Source: Amphiscolops sp. MND2022 | Taxonomy: Eukaryota | Assembly: GCA_964187785.1 (NCBI GenBank) | Contig: OZ076409.1 | Coordinates: 38,814,001-38,878,000, forward strand | DNA: 64,000 nucleotides | Direction: 5' to 3' | In this document: piece by piece, positions 36,845 to 50,346 of the stretch | Layout of the letters: each line of letters begins with the position of its first letter | Numbering within the stretch: position 1 is the stretch's first letter | Made by a program: the position numbers and the translations under genes | Notes under the pieces: model-generated | Databases searched by the model: none | Told to the model about the DNA's origin: nothing | Seen by the model: the letters and a program-made list of their open reading frames with translations, nothing else

Positions 36845-37021
36845 GATGTATTTCTTGCAAGAATCTGACAGAAAAAGTATTTCTTGAAAGAATCTTGCAA
36901 GATTCTTGCAAGAAATATTTTTCTGTCAGGTTCTTGCAAGTAATGTATTTTCTGCCAGAATCTTGCAAGGTTTGTATTTTTGTAAAGATCTTGCAAGAAT
37001 TGTATTTATTTTCAACCAGGG
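36845..37021. repeat. one arm of a CCC...GGG-type MITE rich in TCTTGCAAGA palindromes
   Basis: Repeated TCTTGCAAG(A) ending in TTTTCAACCAGGG; no matching left arm seen. Confidence 0.5.
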
Positions 37022-38500
37022 TATCAGTTCAACCGCCCGCCATTGTAATGCAAAATAACTTCGTTCACGTAATAAAATGGAAATATTGATGGAACTTACA
37101 CTGTTAATGAAAACCGCTGTTAGACGCTAGAGGGTTGTAAATATTTCAGTGCTACTTAAATCTATGAAGATAAGTTTTTTTAGTGATCAACTTTTTTTGA
37201 CGTGGAAAAAGAACGAAACTCTAAATTTCTGAACATTGAGTGAGTAAATTTTTGAGACCGAACCCGCCGGTATTTTTATTTTTTCTTTAAGCAGATTTTA
37301 GAAACACCTAAGATGACACATACTTATCTGCACTGAATCGCTGGATAATCAGATCTCACTGTATATGTATAAAGTTTTTAAGGAACCCGTAGTAGAAATT
37401 ATTCCCTTAGAAGTCGCGGTAACTTAATTTTGTAAGCATGAAAAATCTCAAGTGTGTTCTAGTCAAAACTCAATTTTGGTTGACGTCGCCTTTTCGAACG
37501 CAAAATTTCATCCACTTGAAAGAGCAATTTCGAACAGTCGTATGTTCATTGAAGTTCTACCCAATAGCGTAACTTTCATCTTAGAGATGGACTTGACTTT
37601 CCCAGGATCATGAATTCGAACGATTGTGAAAAGCTAGAGATGGAGGACTCTTGGGAATTTGAATGAATTGTGCATTGCCTATTCAGCTTGTCTTTCATTC
37701 CGTTGACGCGCAATTTTCTCTGCTTTTTGAGAGCACACTTCAAATTCTGGGCCAAGTTTCTCATTATGCGTTCGATTGACGATCGATTTGACTTTAAAAA
37801 GCGCACAAATGACAAGGTGCTAAATTTGTTCATACTGATTGACGTCACAGTTAGCTGTCTACGAGTTTGAAAATATGTCAAAAAGTAATTGCTACCAAAA
37901 TAAAAAGCGATAGTTAGTTATCCAATTTTGGCTATTCAGAAAAAAATTAAACTAATTTAAGACGTAATTTGGGAATAATCCACAATGTTTTTTTTGTTGA
38001 AATTTCCATTTCCGATTACATTGAAAAATCATTGATCTTATTAGGAAGCTTGCTGTCTCTCCCCGTTGTATATAAGTGGATCTGGTTGGGTGCTCAATTT
38101 TCCCATCATTTTTCATTATGCAGTCGGAGACAAATTAAGTAAAAGACCCTTTGAAATCTGTTTTTTTTTCGTCTGGAGCTCTTGAATTAGTTATTCCTAA
38201 TTGATTCAATCAATATGAACGTTCTCTTGTTTCTTGATGATTTCCGTCTAGAGAAGCTCTTTAAAAACCATTTTCTATGGCTTTATTTATGTTACAATAT
38301 AACTGAGAACAACAGGTGATCGATTTTCAGTGAGCTCAAAAAATGAGAAATGAAGCGCTAGAGTTTTATGTACTGAATTCTATTAGTTTGGTTTTGACCT
38401 TGAATCATCTGTAGCGTCATGCAAACCCCTAGCGCTGAGAAAATAGTAAGAACTTTAGGACAATAGACTGATCTCTAAACATCAGACAATTAGACAATTG

Positions 38501-41500
38501 TGTTGTCATACCAGCATGATGGAGATACAGAATTACTTCAGATACAAAAGTTAGGATACATAATATGTATTGCAGTCAGATATATTTATGTCATATATAC
38601 AGAGTCTTGAGGCAAAATGAAGCCACATAATAAGGTTTATGGCTGTGAGCAACACTACGGTAATTATGCACTCACCCCCTTTCTAACGAGTCTTGAGTTT
38701 TATATTATCCATTGTTGTATTCTCTAACTAACTTGTGAAAGAGAGATTTTGTATAGTAAAATTCAACTTGCTTTCTAGTACGCTTTTTCTATCATTGAGT
38801 ATTTTACTTCGTCTGCACTTATGTGGCATGGCAGTTACTTTTAAATTAATATAAACAAGTACAAAATTATAAACAGACTAATTAGTTTCTAGAGTAAGTT
38901 TGTCTGTCCTCTACATTCCCCCCTCTACTATTGGCTGATGATCCGGTTGTTCCTCCACTGGTCCAGTGTTTGGTGGGCGGTAGACCGCTCCCGGCTGTTG
39001 TATGTGTTACGGTGATTGACTGTCCGTAACGTCTGTATTTTTTCTTGTGACTGGTTTAGAGGCTGTTGTCTTCCCCCTCCTGTCCGTCTTACATTTGGCT
39101 CGGTGTGAGGCCCGAGTTCAGCCTTTCTACGGTGTGACCTGTAATCATGACAGATTGGGTTATTACATCTCAAAATGGGATTCGTTTTTGTCAACCTTTT
39201 TGATCTGCGTATAGGTTCTTTTTCTTCGGTTTCAATTTCAGTACTGGAGCTCAAGTTACTTGCTAAGTCTAGTTCAGAGTTTTCCAGATTATCTCCAAAT
39301 GTGCTCGGGTGTGGTTTATCATCAGTAAAAACCTTACCGTTTTCGTCCCGTATAAAACTTCCTAGTCAGCGCTTTTAGCGTCTTCTATGGAACGGTCTAC
39401 TTCCGTCTCCGTCATGCTTGTGGTTACTATTGTCAGTGGGCCCATGATGCGTGGGTTTGTTTGCTTGCGTTCCATATCCTTGCGTGGGTTTGTTGTCGGG
39501 GCTGGTTTTTAGCGAATTTGGGCTGGTTCGATCTCTGATCAATTTGGGCCTGCCTCGGCCGATTGAGCCTCTCTTTCTGACCGTACTGTTTGAGGATTCT
39601 GTGGTCTTTGGGTTCACCAGGTCCATCAACGGTACTTCTGAATCATCCTCGGAGTCGATCACCATTGCCCGTCTCTGTTTGGATGGTGATCTGATAAACC
39701 GGCCGTCTGATCCGCGTGGTCCGGTTCCTCTCTTGTTGGTCTCCTGGTTAAATGTTTCAATTGGTTTACTAATCAGTTTTCTGTGTATTAATCTTCCAAT
39801 ATGTGTAGTTACGGTATGGTTTGTGCCCGATATCGCTAATTGTGGTTTATGGGCATATGCACTTTCGAACTTATTTCGTTGGTGTTTCTTTTCTAAAACT
39901 ACAAAAGGATAGTTACTTACTCCCTTTGTGCTTTTCTAGGGCTTCATGGGTACCTGGTCGGACACACCGCCAGCTCCATTGACGGAATATACCTGTAAGG
40001 TATCTGGTTTGGCTAAAACGGAACGTTTTGTTAGTTTTTCTATTTCATCAAGGTTTAGTAAGTTACTTATCACCGTATTTGGTTTTCTGCCGTAGTGTAA
40101 TTCAAAGTCAGATTTTTCAACCGTTTGTGTGGCGTTTTTCTCATTACATCTATGGATATGTCCAGGGCTTTTCCGAATCGTTCTCCGGCCTTTATGTTAG
40201 TTAGGAGGTTTTCTTTCAAATTTCTAACCACCCGTTCTACTAGGCCGGTGGGTGTGTGTATATACGGTGTCCCGTATATTAGTTTGATATAATAATGTTT
40301 TTTAAAGAAGTCTCTGAAAAGGCGTCCCGTACCGTAAAGGCAGTTGCTTTATCCGTCCTAATTGTTTTCCGTACACCGTTTAGTCGGATGTATTGCTCAA
40401 GGAATTTTACTGCCGTTTCGCCGTCCGTAGATGCGCAAAAACTCGCGGCTGGCTATTTACTGTACCGGTCTATGGACAGTAGAGTGTAAAATCGACGGTT
40501 GCGTTCCGTGATCGGTCCGATGAAATGCAATTGGAATTCTTCGTTTGGATTATTTAACGGTGGAAAGCTATTTTGTCTCCGTATTTGAAATGTTAGGATT
40601 AATGTTTTTGCCGGACATTTTGCAGGGTAGACAAGACTCACACTTCTTTTGTATCGCCTCAGTCATCCGTGGCCACCAGAAGTGTCGTGCGGCGAGAGTC
40701 ATTTTGTTTATGGCGGGGTGGCCCTTGTGCAATAAACTGATGACGGTTGCTTGGAGATTCTTTGGGGCAAAAATCTTGTCCTCGATGAAAACCAGACCGA
40801 ACCTGCTCGATAGTTTCTTTCTGTGCGTCTGGTATTCTTCTGGTATTAGCTCGTGCTGTTGTCATTCCAGACAGACCAAAGTTTTTAGTAGGATCGGGTC
40901 GTTGGTGGTTTCCGTCATCAGGAGTTGCAGGTCCGTTGAAAAGTTTTTATCGGTCTTGCGAACAGCTTGTTCGAGATCCCAGTTATTTTCTTCCTGCGCT
41001 GCTATTCTTGGGGTATGTCCCATTTTAACATATTGGACACTTTTTACCCCTACGTATCATGCCCAGTTCCAAGCGGGTACTTCCAGGACCGATAGGTCCT
41101 GGTCCGTCTCGGAGTCGATTTCGCCATCTTCCATCGGTACAGGGGCGAGTTGCTGGTTTATGTTCGTCGTGGGTGATGGTCCGGTTGGATTTTGTTGTTG
41201 TTGGGCCGGTGTTGGTCGATCTAATTCCCAGAAGGGGTCTACGGTCCATTGCTCTGACCGTCTCGTTTGAGGTTGGAAACCTCCCCTTTGCTGTGGACCA
41301 ATTTTCTGTCGTATGTCGCTTTGTTCCCGGCCCTGCATTATTTGTTGTAATCTTTCTTCGATTACCTTCCGTTCATGTCGCAAGAATTTTGGTGCGTGGT
41401 ATTTCTTCCACTTTCCCCCGGTTAGGCGGTAGATACCGGGCTTGACAATATCTTTCCACCGTTGTATTAACTCGGTGGTTTCGGCTGATGAATCAGTGGC

Positions 41501-43625
41501 TGCAATATGGTCAATGGTTCTAATATCCATTGTCATTTTCGAGTTGCTTTTGAATTTTGGATTTGAAGAAGTGGTACGTGTTAACGCTGTGTTGTTAAGG
41601 CAATCAATGGCGGTTTGTTCACGCGTTTCTCTTGACCTAAGCTTATTGTTTGTTTTGTGTTCGGTTGCGTCCGTTCCGCCTTCTGATTGGTCAGATTGGT
41701 GGCTAAGGCAACCGTGTTTAGTGATGAACTTGTAGTGCGGTAGGATGTTATTGATGACGTATTCTTCGTCGTATGCGTCATCCGTTTGCAGCGGCGCTGT
41801 CGGGTTTCTACTCAAGTAAGACGTGAGTGCCAAATGTTTGCCTGCGATATGGTTCACGTTGATTTGGAAATGTGCTAATCGGTCAAGCCACCTTGTCAAC
41901 CGCGCGCTGTATGTTTTACTGGACCGGTTTCGTTTGATGAGCGGTCCTAGTGCTTGGTGATCCGTAAGTAACTTGATCGGTTTACCGTAAATGTACAATC
42001 GAAAGTGTTCTAGTCCCCAAACGACGGCCAGTAGCTTGAGTTCGGTAATGGCGTATTTTTTTCGGTGTCAGATAAAAATCGGCTCGCGAAATCGATTGGT
42101 TTTAATTTTCCGTCTGGCTGTTCTTGCCATAGTGTCGCACCGAGGCCTTTTGTACTGGCATCGGTTGTTATCACGTTTGGATAGTCTGAATTATAATGAG
42201 CCAGACACGGTTTTTCAGTGATCTTTTGCTTGAGATTTTCGAATGCTTTTGTGTGTTCTTCAGTTCATATCCTTTTAGTATTTTTTTCAGTAGTTGTCTC
42301 ACGCTATCCGTTTGTGCTGATAAAATGTGGATGTATTTGGATAGGTATTGAATGGCTCCCAAGAAAGATTTGAGCTCTTTTTCGTTGTTGGGCCTTTTCA
42401 ATTCTTTTATTGCCATCAGTATATCTTGCAGTGGTCTGATTCCATTTTAGTCAATTTTATGGCCAATCCATTCAACCTCTGTTTTGAAAAGTTCGGATTT
42501 TGTTCAATGAGTTTGTGTCCGGCTTTTTCCAGCCGTGTTAAAACGTCTATTAGTTCCTTTTTGTGTTGTTCTTTGAACCTTTGGTTACGACTATTATGTC
42601 GTCTAGCCATGCTGGGTGTTTGTTTTCTAGGGTCTGGTCAATTTTTTCTTGAAATATCGTTGGTATGTTCACTAACCCGCAAATCCCTTTCAGGAAACGG
42701 TAGTAACCGGTAAAGTTCCGGGCTTCTCTGGACAGAAATAAGCTGGCCGTTCGCGTAGTCAAGCTCAAACTTCGAAATCCAGATTTCATCTGCCAGTCCG
42801 TCCGCAATTTTTCTGGAGATTCTGGAAATTAACTCCTCCGTGTTAGGCATTTGTGCCTTTCTCTTGATGGTGATTTTGTTTAGTTTTCTCGAATCTAGGG
42901 CAATTTTTACCGACTTGTCCTTTTTTACGGTTATTACTGCCGGACTTACAAAACAATTTTTGTCTACGTTGTTTGCTTTTTCGATGTGGCCCTGTTTCAT
43001 TAGCTTGTTAATTTCTTTTTCGGCCAATTGTTGTAAGTGAATCGGTATTGGTCTTCTTTTTTGCTGTATTAGCCTTGCATCTTTTTTTAGCTGTATTTTC
43101 ACTTCTATTTTCACTTCAGTCCGTCCACGGTATGGTTTTCATGGAAGAGTTTTTTGAACTTTCTTTTTAGAGTGGTAATGTCCGGATCTTCAATGATGTG
43201 GTTTACTTGGGGACCGGTTTTACCGATGTCCAGCGTTTTTCCCAATTTTTTCATCCAGTCCAAACCTAACAGGGGATTGGTTTTCTTTGTAGTTACCAAG
43301 ATTTCCAGATCGTTCCGTTTTCCATCGGTTTCTATTATTGCGATTGGTTTTCCTTCGAATTTAATCCTGTTATCATTTACGTCTCTGTATTCAGTTTTCA
43401 GCGGTTTCAGCGGTGTTATTCCGTTGAATAGTGATTTCGGTATTAAAGTTACCGGTGATCCGCTGTCTATTATGAATTTGATTGGTCGGTTATCGACCAA
43501 TGCGGTGAGAGTGAAGAAATCTGGGCCGTCTTTATTCATTTGACGCGTTGAATGGATCTTTTAGTTGATGTAATGGATTTTGTTCGGTGACCAGTCATCT
43601 TCTTCCGCACTACTTGGAATCGTGG
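38501..43625 (-). mobile_element. 5'-truncated, decayed Mag-like Gypsy related to the 30-36 kb element
   Basis: SAEEDDW gag end, IIDSGS, HPAWLDD, RLTRWLDRLAHF, integrase fragments; PPT AGAGGGGGGAA then putative 3' LTR 38915-38501 (TGT...ACA). Confidence 0.9.
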
Positions 43626-44039
43626 TAAAATTGATGAGGGTCTAAACTGCTTTCAAAGGTAGAACTGCGTCTTAATGAAACCTGCAAACCTTTGCAGGGC
43701 AGCATTGCCGGCAAATTTAGGATGCATTTTCAAGGCAGCCCCTATAAAATTAAATCGAATCAGTAAAGTTTTAATACAAGGACGTTTCCTTGCAAATTTT
43801 ACAAAATAATGAAAAATTAGTTTGGTAACCTACAAAAACTTTCAAGAAACTACAAAAATTCAAGCAGTTTCGACCAGAGAAGCGAACTCCAAAATACTAA
43901 AGAGAAGTAAATAATTAGTGGAACACTCTGTTCTTACATTACACAGAGCGAGGTTAGTGTTTGATTCAATTCGAGGAGCACTCCCATTAAATTAGGTTGC
44001 TCCTCGATGAGTTTGTTGTTTCATACGTATGTTGTTCCA

Positions 44040-44362
44040 AAGGAGATTTTGGAATAGGAGAGTTTAACTTAGATTTGAACCTACGAGGTTTCAACTTAGG
44101 AGCTTTGGACCTAAGAGATTTTGGCATGTAGCCAAAAAAGCTGTATTATGCAAAAAACTGAAAATTCCACTCATCAAATGAAGAAAATACTTCAATAATC
44201 AGCAATGGGTAGTCCCTGCGAGCAATCTGTAATTATTTGACGAGTTTGCACTCAATTATTATTCGACGAATTCATTTTCGACCAATTTTCCGTCCTCTAA
44301 TTTTGACAAGTTGTTTTCGACGAGTTGCATTCGACCAGTTTTTCCGACGAGTTTTCCGCATA
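44040..44362. repeat. two short degenerate ~15-bp tandem arrays (AGGAG.TTT..AC.T and TTTCGAC.AGTT), probably remnants of foldback arms
   Basis: Periodic motifs at 44040-44130 and 44255-44362. Confidence 0.45.
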
Positions 44363-45462
44363 TCTTCTTTAGATTTTAGATTGTCTCTCTTCAATGGCCA
44401 TTAGTCACGACGTAAGCTCAGAAACCGAAGGGCATTAAACTTTTGAATAGTTTCGCATGTAATTTTGTAGCGGAGATAAGATTTTTTGTTCGCTCTATTC
44501 TGCAAAGGTTGTTTTGTTTAAAAATGAGGAATTGCATTCTCGACCATGAATCATTCACCCAAATGGTAATGTCCTAATATGGTAATGCTTATTAAATTAG
44601 GACAATCCGAGCGCCCAGACAAAAGGAACTATATTAAATTGATTGATTCATCAATGGCTAGGGTTTGATTTGATTAGAAGATTTCCTCATCATATGAATT
44701 GTTCTAGACAAGTCATAATTCATTGGATATTACGAAGATGTGATTGGCGAAATTATATCCTGGCCAAATTATATCATGTTGGGAATTACCACTCTGCTGG
44801 GGAAAGGAATCAAAGCTAATTTTCGTCACCAAGGGTTGCATTAACTTTTTAGCTGTAGAAATCATGAGATCATCGTTTATGAAAGTTCCAGAAATTGAAT
44901 TGGTTAAATTCTTAAATTTTATTTCCATAATCCAAAAGAGTGCGTCAGGCATTTCAAAATATCACCCAAGAGGTTTATTGAGCTTTACTTGTTTGTCAAT
45001 GTTACAGTTCAGTAAAGCTCACAAGTACAAGAGTGGATGATGGTTTTTCAAGATTATCACGAAACGTTCATGGTGATGCGTGCATGAATGCACTATTGGT
45101 ATTTTTTCAACAACCTTTACCGGTTAAGAGTTTGATCTTCAAACTTCGTTAACTTTTTGTGTGTTCAATTGTCAGAAATATATCAACAAAGCTATAACTT
45201 TCGAATTAAATACCTTGCAGTTTTCTCTAAAATTATAAGAGAGATTTCGTACCACTTTGTTATTGCCCCCTGGTACACCTTGTTTGTTATCCCCCGTAAC
45301 ACGAAAATCCTCGTTATACTTGGGAAAATTCCTTCACGAATGAAAGAATTTGATTTGGTTAATAATACTTAGAGGATTGTCTCTAGAGCTAATTCGACAC
45401 TTCTAGCGGAAATGACCCTGAATAATTGATATTTTTCCTAAAATTGCAACATTTCACGTGAA

Positions 45463-46447
45463 AACAAGTCGCCCGCTAAACACTGGGATATTTTCCGCTA
45501 AAAATGTCACGCATCAGCACGTGTTCGAATCCACGTCCTCGTGTCTGCTAGGCAGACACACTACCAACTGCGCCATGGTGACTAATGGTGACTAGAATTT
45601 ACGGGGTACGAAAAACTCAACACATGAAAACTCAACACAAGAAAACTCAACACAGAAAACTCAACACAAAAACTCAACGCATTTCAACACATTCAATTAA
45701 TTTTAGTTAACACCTCAATTGAATTTATTTTCCGAAATCTAACAAATTGCTAAATCTGGGTTGTTTCCGTTTACACTTAGTTACAGTTGCGACTCATTTC
45801 AAAGACATATAAAGACGTATTGATTTCCTTTACACCTAGTCATGATTGCTACTTTTTCCAATATTAAACTGTTTTTCACGTTGAAACGTTGTTTACATTG
45901 GCGCAAACCTTGAAACAAAACGATTAAAAAAGGGTTTAAACGCAAACACAAATATTTTTAAAAAAATTGTCAAATGCATAAATTATGAGCAGTACAAACA
46001 AAGAATATAGATGTATAATATATATCACGATTAATAAATGCTTAAAATGTGTTGAGTTTTCTGTGTTGAGTTTTCGTGTGTTGAGTTTTCTTATGTTGAG
46101 TTTTCTGCGTTGAGTTTTCTTGTGTTGAGTTTTCTTGTGTTGAGTTTTCTTGTGTTGAGTTTTCTTGTGTTGAGTTTTCTTGTGTTGAGTTTTCTTGTGT
46201 TGAGTTTTCTTGTGTTGAGTTTTCTTGTGTTGAGTTTTCTTGTGTTGAGTTTTCTTTTGTTGAGTTTTCTGGCAATCGAATTTACTAAATGGATATATAA
46301 AGTGGAGATTTGGCAGTTCAAGTAACTGAAATAGTCAAGTAACTAATATAGTCTAGTGAAGATGGAGATTGTGGAGATTTGGCAGAATTTGGAAAAAACC
46401 GCTACACAGATTATGATTTTCCTCCTGCATTATATGTGGGCGGAAAA
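45463..46447 (-). mobile_element. family-B Helentron-like element with tRNA-like segment, interrupted by a foldback element
   Basis: 45463-45600 and 46290-46447 are the reverse-complement homologues of the two halves of 7433-7749. Confidence 0.7.
45603..46277. mobile_element. foldback/Mutator-like non-autonomous element with arms made of 15-bp tandem repeats
   Basis: Left arm (GAAAACTCAACACAA)n, right arm its reverse complement with ~15 units; exact 8-bp TSD GAATTTAC at 45595-45602 and 46278-46285. Confidence 0.85.
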
Positions 46448-46493
46448 AAAGCAAGCCTAAATTGTATATTGAGCAACTTTTATTCGTCTATTA

Positions 46494-46988
46494 CCCGTAC
46501 TGACAACCCATGGTAACCCACCACTGGCCAGCGGTGGACCACCGGTGAGGTAAAATTAGATTACGAGGAGGCTTTCCCACTGGTTGCCCCGGTGGTCCAA
46601 CGATGAACCATCAGTGGAAAATTCGAAATTTTCGAAAATGAAAATTTCGTTTGAAATTTCTAGTAACTGAAAAGATTCACTACACGAAATACCTTTAGAC
46701 GTTATTCGCGCCCCTGACGCATCAAAGCCAAACAAACTTTACTAATGATCTTGCTCGTTACCACTTTCCAAAATTTATCGACAATGATTAGTACATGCAT
46801 GCCTGTGCTTGTAATATTTTCCTGAAGTTTCAACTAGAGTAACTAGCCTTTGGAGACCTTTCATTGACGGCCCTCAGGTGGCCCACCGTAGCCCACCGGT
46901 GACCACCCAAAAACTGTTGTGGCCACCGATGGAACTGTGGTGGAAGATCGGTGGCCACCGATGGATTTCCCTGGGTTGTCAACTCGGG
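46494..46988. mobile_element. MITE with CCCG...CGGG termini
   Basis: TIR CCCGTACTGACAACCCA / TGGGTTGTCAACTCGGG, CCACCGGTG subrepeats, TA on both flanks. Confidence 0.8.
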
Positions 46989-48261
46989 TAATGTAAAAAA
47001 ATAGAACTATGTCGACATCAATCATTTTATTGGATTCAAATCTCATCGCAAACTAGTTGACATGACATTTAAACTTCGTTTTTCATCATAACCACAATAC
47101 CCCCCTGCAGAATATATCGCAGTAACTCCACAGGAGCGACGAATGAATTTTAAAAATTAGCTCTCAACCTACAACGTGTTTTGGACAGATAGAGTTACCT
47201 AAGGAATGAAGTTTCTGAAACTTTTAGTTTATCAGCATTAACATATGTGAGCTCATTTCATCATTATTATTAACCAAATATAGTTGATGTATATCTTACA
47301 AAAGAGTCATTTTTCAGCTTTCGAAAGTCATATATGGTGTCTAAATAACTAAATGCCGATGGTGTTTTAAGTTATGTAATGATTAGTTTGGTATATTGAA
47401 TTACAGTTGTTCTCAGCGTAAGGGATCAAATAAATAGATGAATAAGAAAAACCGAAAGAAAATAAAAGCTCAATCAAAGTTCATCACGTGTGAGCTTGCA
47501 TTTTAATGGTTCAGAATCGTGTATTTTTGTTGCCGCATTCAACTTCTTGAACATTTTGTTCACCTTTGATTGAAAAAATGAATTTTTTATTTGTTACCTT
47601 GATGTCTAAATGTCAATTTAATGTCATCAATTTAAATATCAATGTTAGTTAACTAAATGCAACAATTTTATATGATTGCTCATAAGTTCACGTTTGAAAA
47701 ACAAAATTTATGAATTAGGAAGTGCAGACTTGAATCTTTTGGAAATGTTTTGATATTTTTGAGTGAGGAAAAGAATTCCAGTATGCGAACGAAAAAGTTG
47801 TAAAGTGGTATCTTCACCGAAACCTATTGTGAAAACTGTTGTTATTGTACAGTCAAATAATCTGAAACAATTCGCCCGTATGGTTGAACTAGAGCTATGC
47901 ATGCCTGACTCTTCAAACCTCGCGGCTTTTCGGCAGTTTTCATTCACTTAATGCGCTAGTATTGAAATTACAAACATGTCAACAATCAAAATCATTCAAT
48001 TGACAGAGCGGAGAACGTTTATGATTAGATAGCCATTGGCGATTTTAGGAAACAAAACATTTCTTGTTTCTAGAGCAGTATCACGTAATTGTCAATAGAT
48101 GCCAGAATAACGCAAATTGAATCGAATTGCCTTCTTTATCTGTCTAATCGAGGCACTTGTTCCATCACCATACATTTTGTAGATAAAACAAAAAGTACGG
48201 TATGAAAAATTCTATGTTTGACATTTTACCTTCCTTTTTCTGAACTAGTTTTCAATGGCTA

Positions 48262-48372
48262 AAAGCTTCCAGCTTGACGATCAGCTTCAACGTTTATTCC
48301 AGGTAAACAATTTTCAAGAAGAATTTTTTGCCTGGAATGCACGTTGAAGCTGATAATCAAACTGGATAGTTT
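48262..48372. repeat. imperfect inverted repeat with ~50-bp arms
   Basis: TCCAGCTTGA..ATCAGCTTCAACGT..ATTCCAGG pairs with CCTGGAAT..ACGTTGAAGCTGAT..TCAAACTGGA. Confidence 0.8.
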
Positions 48373-49857
48373 GAGAGGTAAATTTCAATTTCTAAGCTTC
48401 CATCAAGTTAATATTGATTGAAATAAAATCTATTCTTCATAATAACTAGTCTTCGTGAACAAATGAAATCTTCCTTTAAAGAAGCGAAGTTACGGAATAT
48501 TTGGAAAAAAAAGTGTTGTGCACTTGATGTCAGTTTTTCTTAAAAATGATATTTTTCTGATATTATTTTCCGCACATGTTTTCACATATGAAAGGAAAAT
48601 TATCAACTAGTCGCGTTTTTTCCCAAATTTTTCGAGATAATTAAATTTTATTGGAACAAGTACCCACCAAAATGACACCAAAATTACACCGAGAATTCTC
48701 AAACAACGCAACAAAACGCTATCAAACTTGCTTTTTAGAAGAGAAATCTAATGATTTCCGCTCAAAAAGTGCCATGATCCACAACAAAAGGAAGTTTCTT
48801 TCGAATTTCGATAGTTTCAGGCAGTTCTTGTAGGCATGAAAATCTACAGAGTTGGGTTTGGAAAAGAAATCTTTCGTTTGCCCAGGTTACGTTTCATTAC
48901 AAATTCAAGGCATATTTTTAAATTGCCAAAAAAGGCAAAAAAGTATTTTTCAACTTTTGGTGTTTGCATGCCTTTTCTGCACAGTTTAGATGTCTCGCTT
49001 GGTAAAACTGTACAAAGGGTTTGTTAATTGAAAAAACCCTCAAACTAACCGAAAAACATCAAATTAACGTTTTACATTTATATACAACTCACTTTCATTT
49101 TCGGTGTTTTTATGGGGTATGAATCTACGCACAATTCAACGAGACGGAAACGTTTCAAATCAGCGCTATACCTAAGCTTCAAAAAGGCAAAGTTTTTTAA
49201 AAAGGCCCAGGAAATTTGTTGAGGGTGCCTTTCGTGCTCGGAAAAGCCTTAAGAACTTCAGATTTAGAGTGTGCTGGGACACATGGGAGCGGTGTTTTTT
49301 CGATCATCGGCCTTCTTTTATCAAAACGCTTTTTGCTTCGGATATAACATCAAAATTTCAGTTAGAATTGAAAATTAATAGGTTGATATATATTGAAAAA
49401 ATCTAGTTTCAGACGAAAAATGAGAAGTTTGAAACAGTCTCATAGTGCCAAACGCAAAAGATGGGAACCTTTGGGCTTTTTCATCATCCCATTGGTTGCA
49501 GAAAACCAAAATAACCGTAGCGAGGATTCTTTGACGGCATCAAAAAATGGGAAAAAGTCTCACAATGCCAAGAAACCAGAAAAACCAAAACTTCTGAGTT
49601 GGGAGAATGGGGTACCGTTCTGCTTTGGAATGGTTTTTTATTTCATATTAGTGGCTATGGATGAGTTCAAAATGAGCGTTCAAAAACAAGTACAAAGGGC
49701 ATATGACGAAACTGCACCGTTATTAGGTTTCTTTTGGGATGAGTGTAGAATCTCCCTCAATTCAAATTAGTTGAGTTTAGTTCAAAATTTTTATCGGTTG
49801 ATTTGTTGCTTGGTCATGAGAAACAGAATGCCTTTGGCGAAGGAAGCGAAAATGAAA

Positions 49858-50346
49858 AACAAGACGAGAACGTCTAAAGTCGGCGCTATATCTAAGGTTC
49901 AAAAAGCGCAAAATTTTTTTTTGAGAAAAAAATTGAAATTTTCGAAAATTTTTCTCTTTCGGAAAATGTCGCACAGTGCCGAAATATGTAAAAGGGGGAC
50001 CTTTTTTGATTTATAAACATGCATTCTGTTGCAAAATAACAAAAAACTCAAAAGGGGGACCCTTTGGGACATTAAAAAATTTTCGAAAAAAAGTCGCACA
50101 GTGCCGAAAAATATCAAAAGGGGGGACCCTTTAATCTCGGCCGGTTTTGTAGGTTACGTTAAAAATGGACTAACTGAAAGGGGGGACCATTTGCAGTATC
50201 GTAAATGCGCTGTCAGTATTTTAGTAGTACTGTAATTAGTAGTTGAACGTTAATTTTAACGTTCGTCGCTTCGAGTCTGTCTCAAATAAAAAAACGAGTG
50301 ACTGTAATAGTCGGGCTCTTTTATTAATAAAAGCGCCGACTAAAAA
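49858..50346. mobile_element. Helentron/DINE-1-like element, family A
   Basis: AACAAGACGAGAACGTCTAAAGTCGGCGC ... AGCGCCGACTAAAAA; internal similarity to 5026-6057. Confidence 0.7.

Noticed and set aside
40545..41735. Long plus-strand ORFs (241, 128 and 97 aa); similar ones at 5-358 and 35057-35581
   Set aside because: Antisense to retrotransposon pol, with no independent features
46042..46325. Repetitive ORFs (ENSTQ, RKLNT, SFLVL repeats) and a possible CRISPR-like array
   Set aside because: Translations of a 15-bp tandem repeat with no unique spacers; this is the arm of a foldback element
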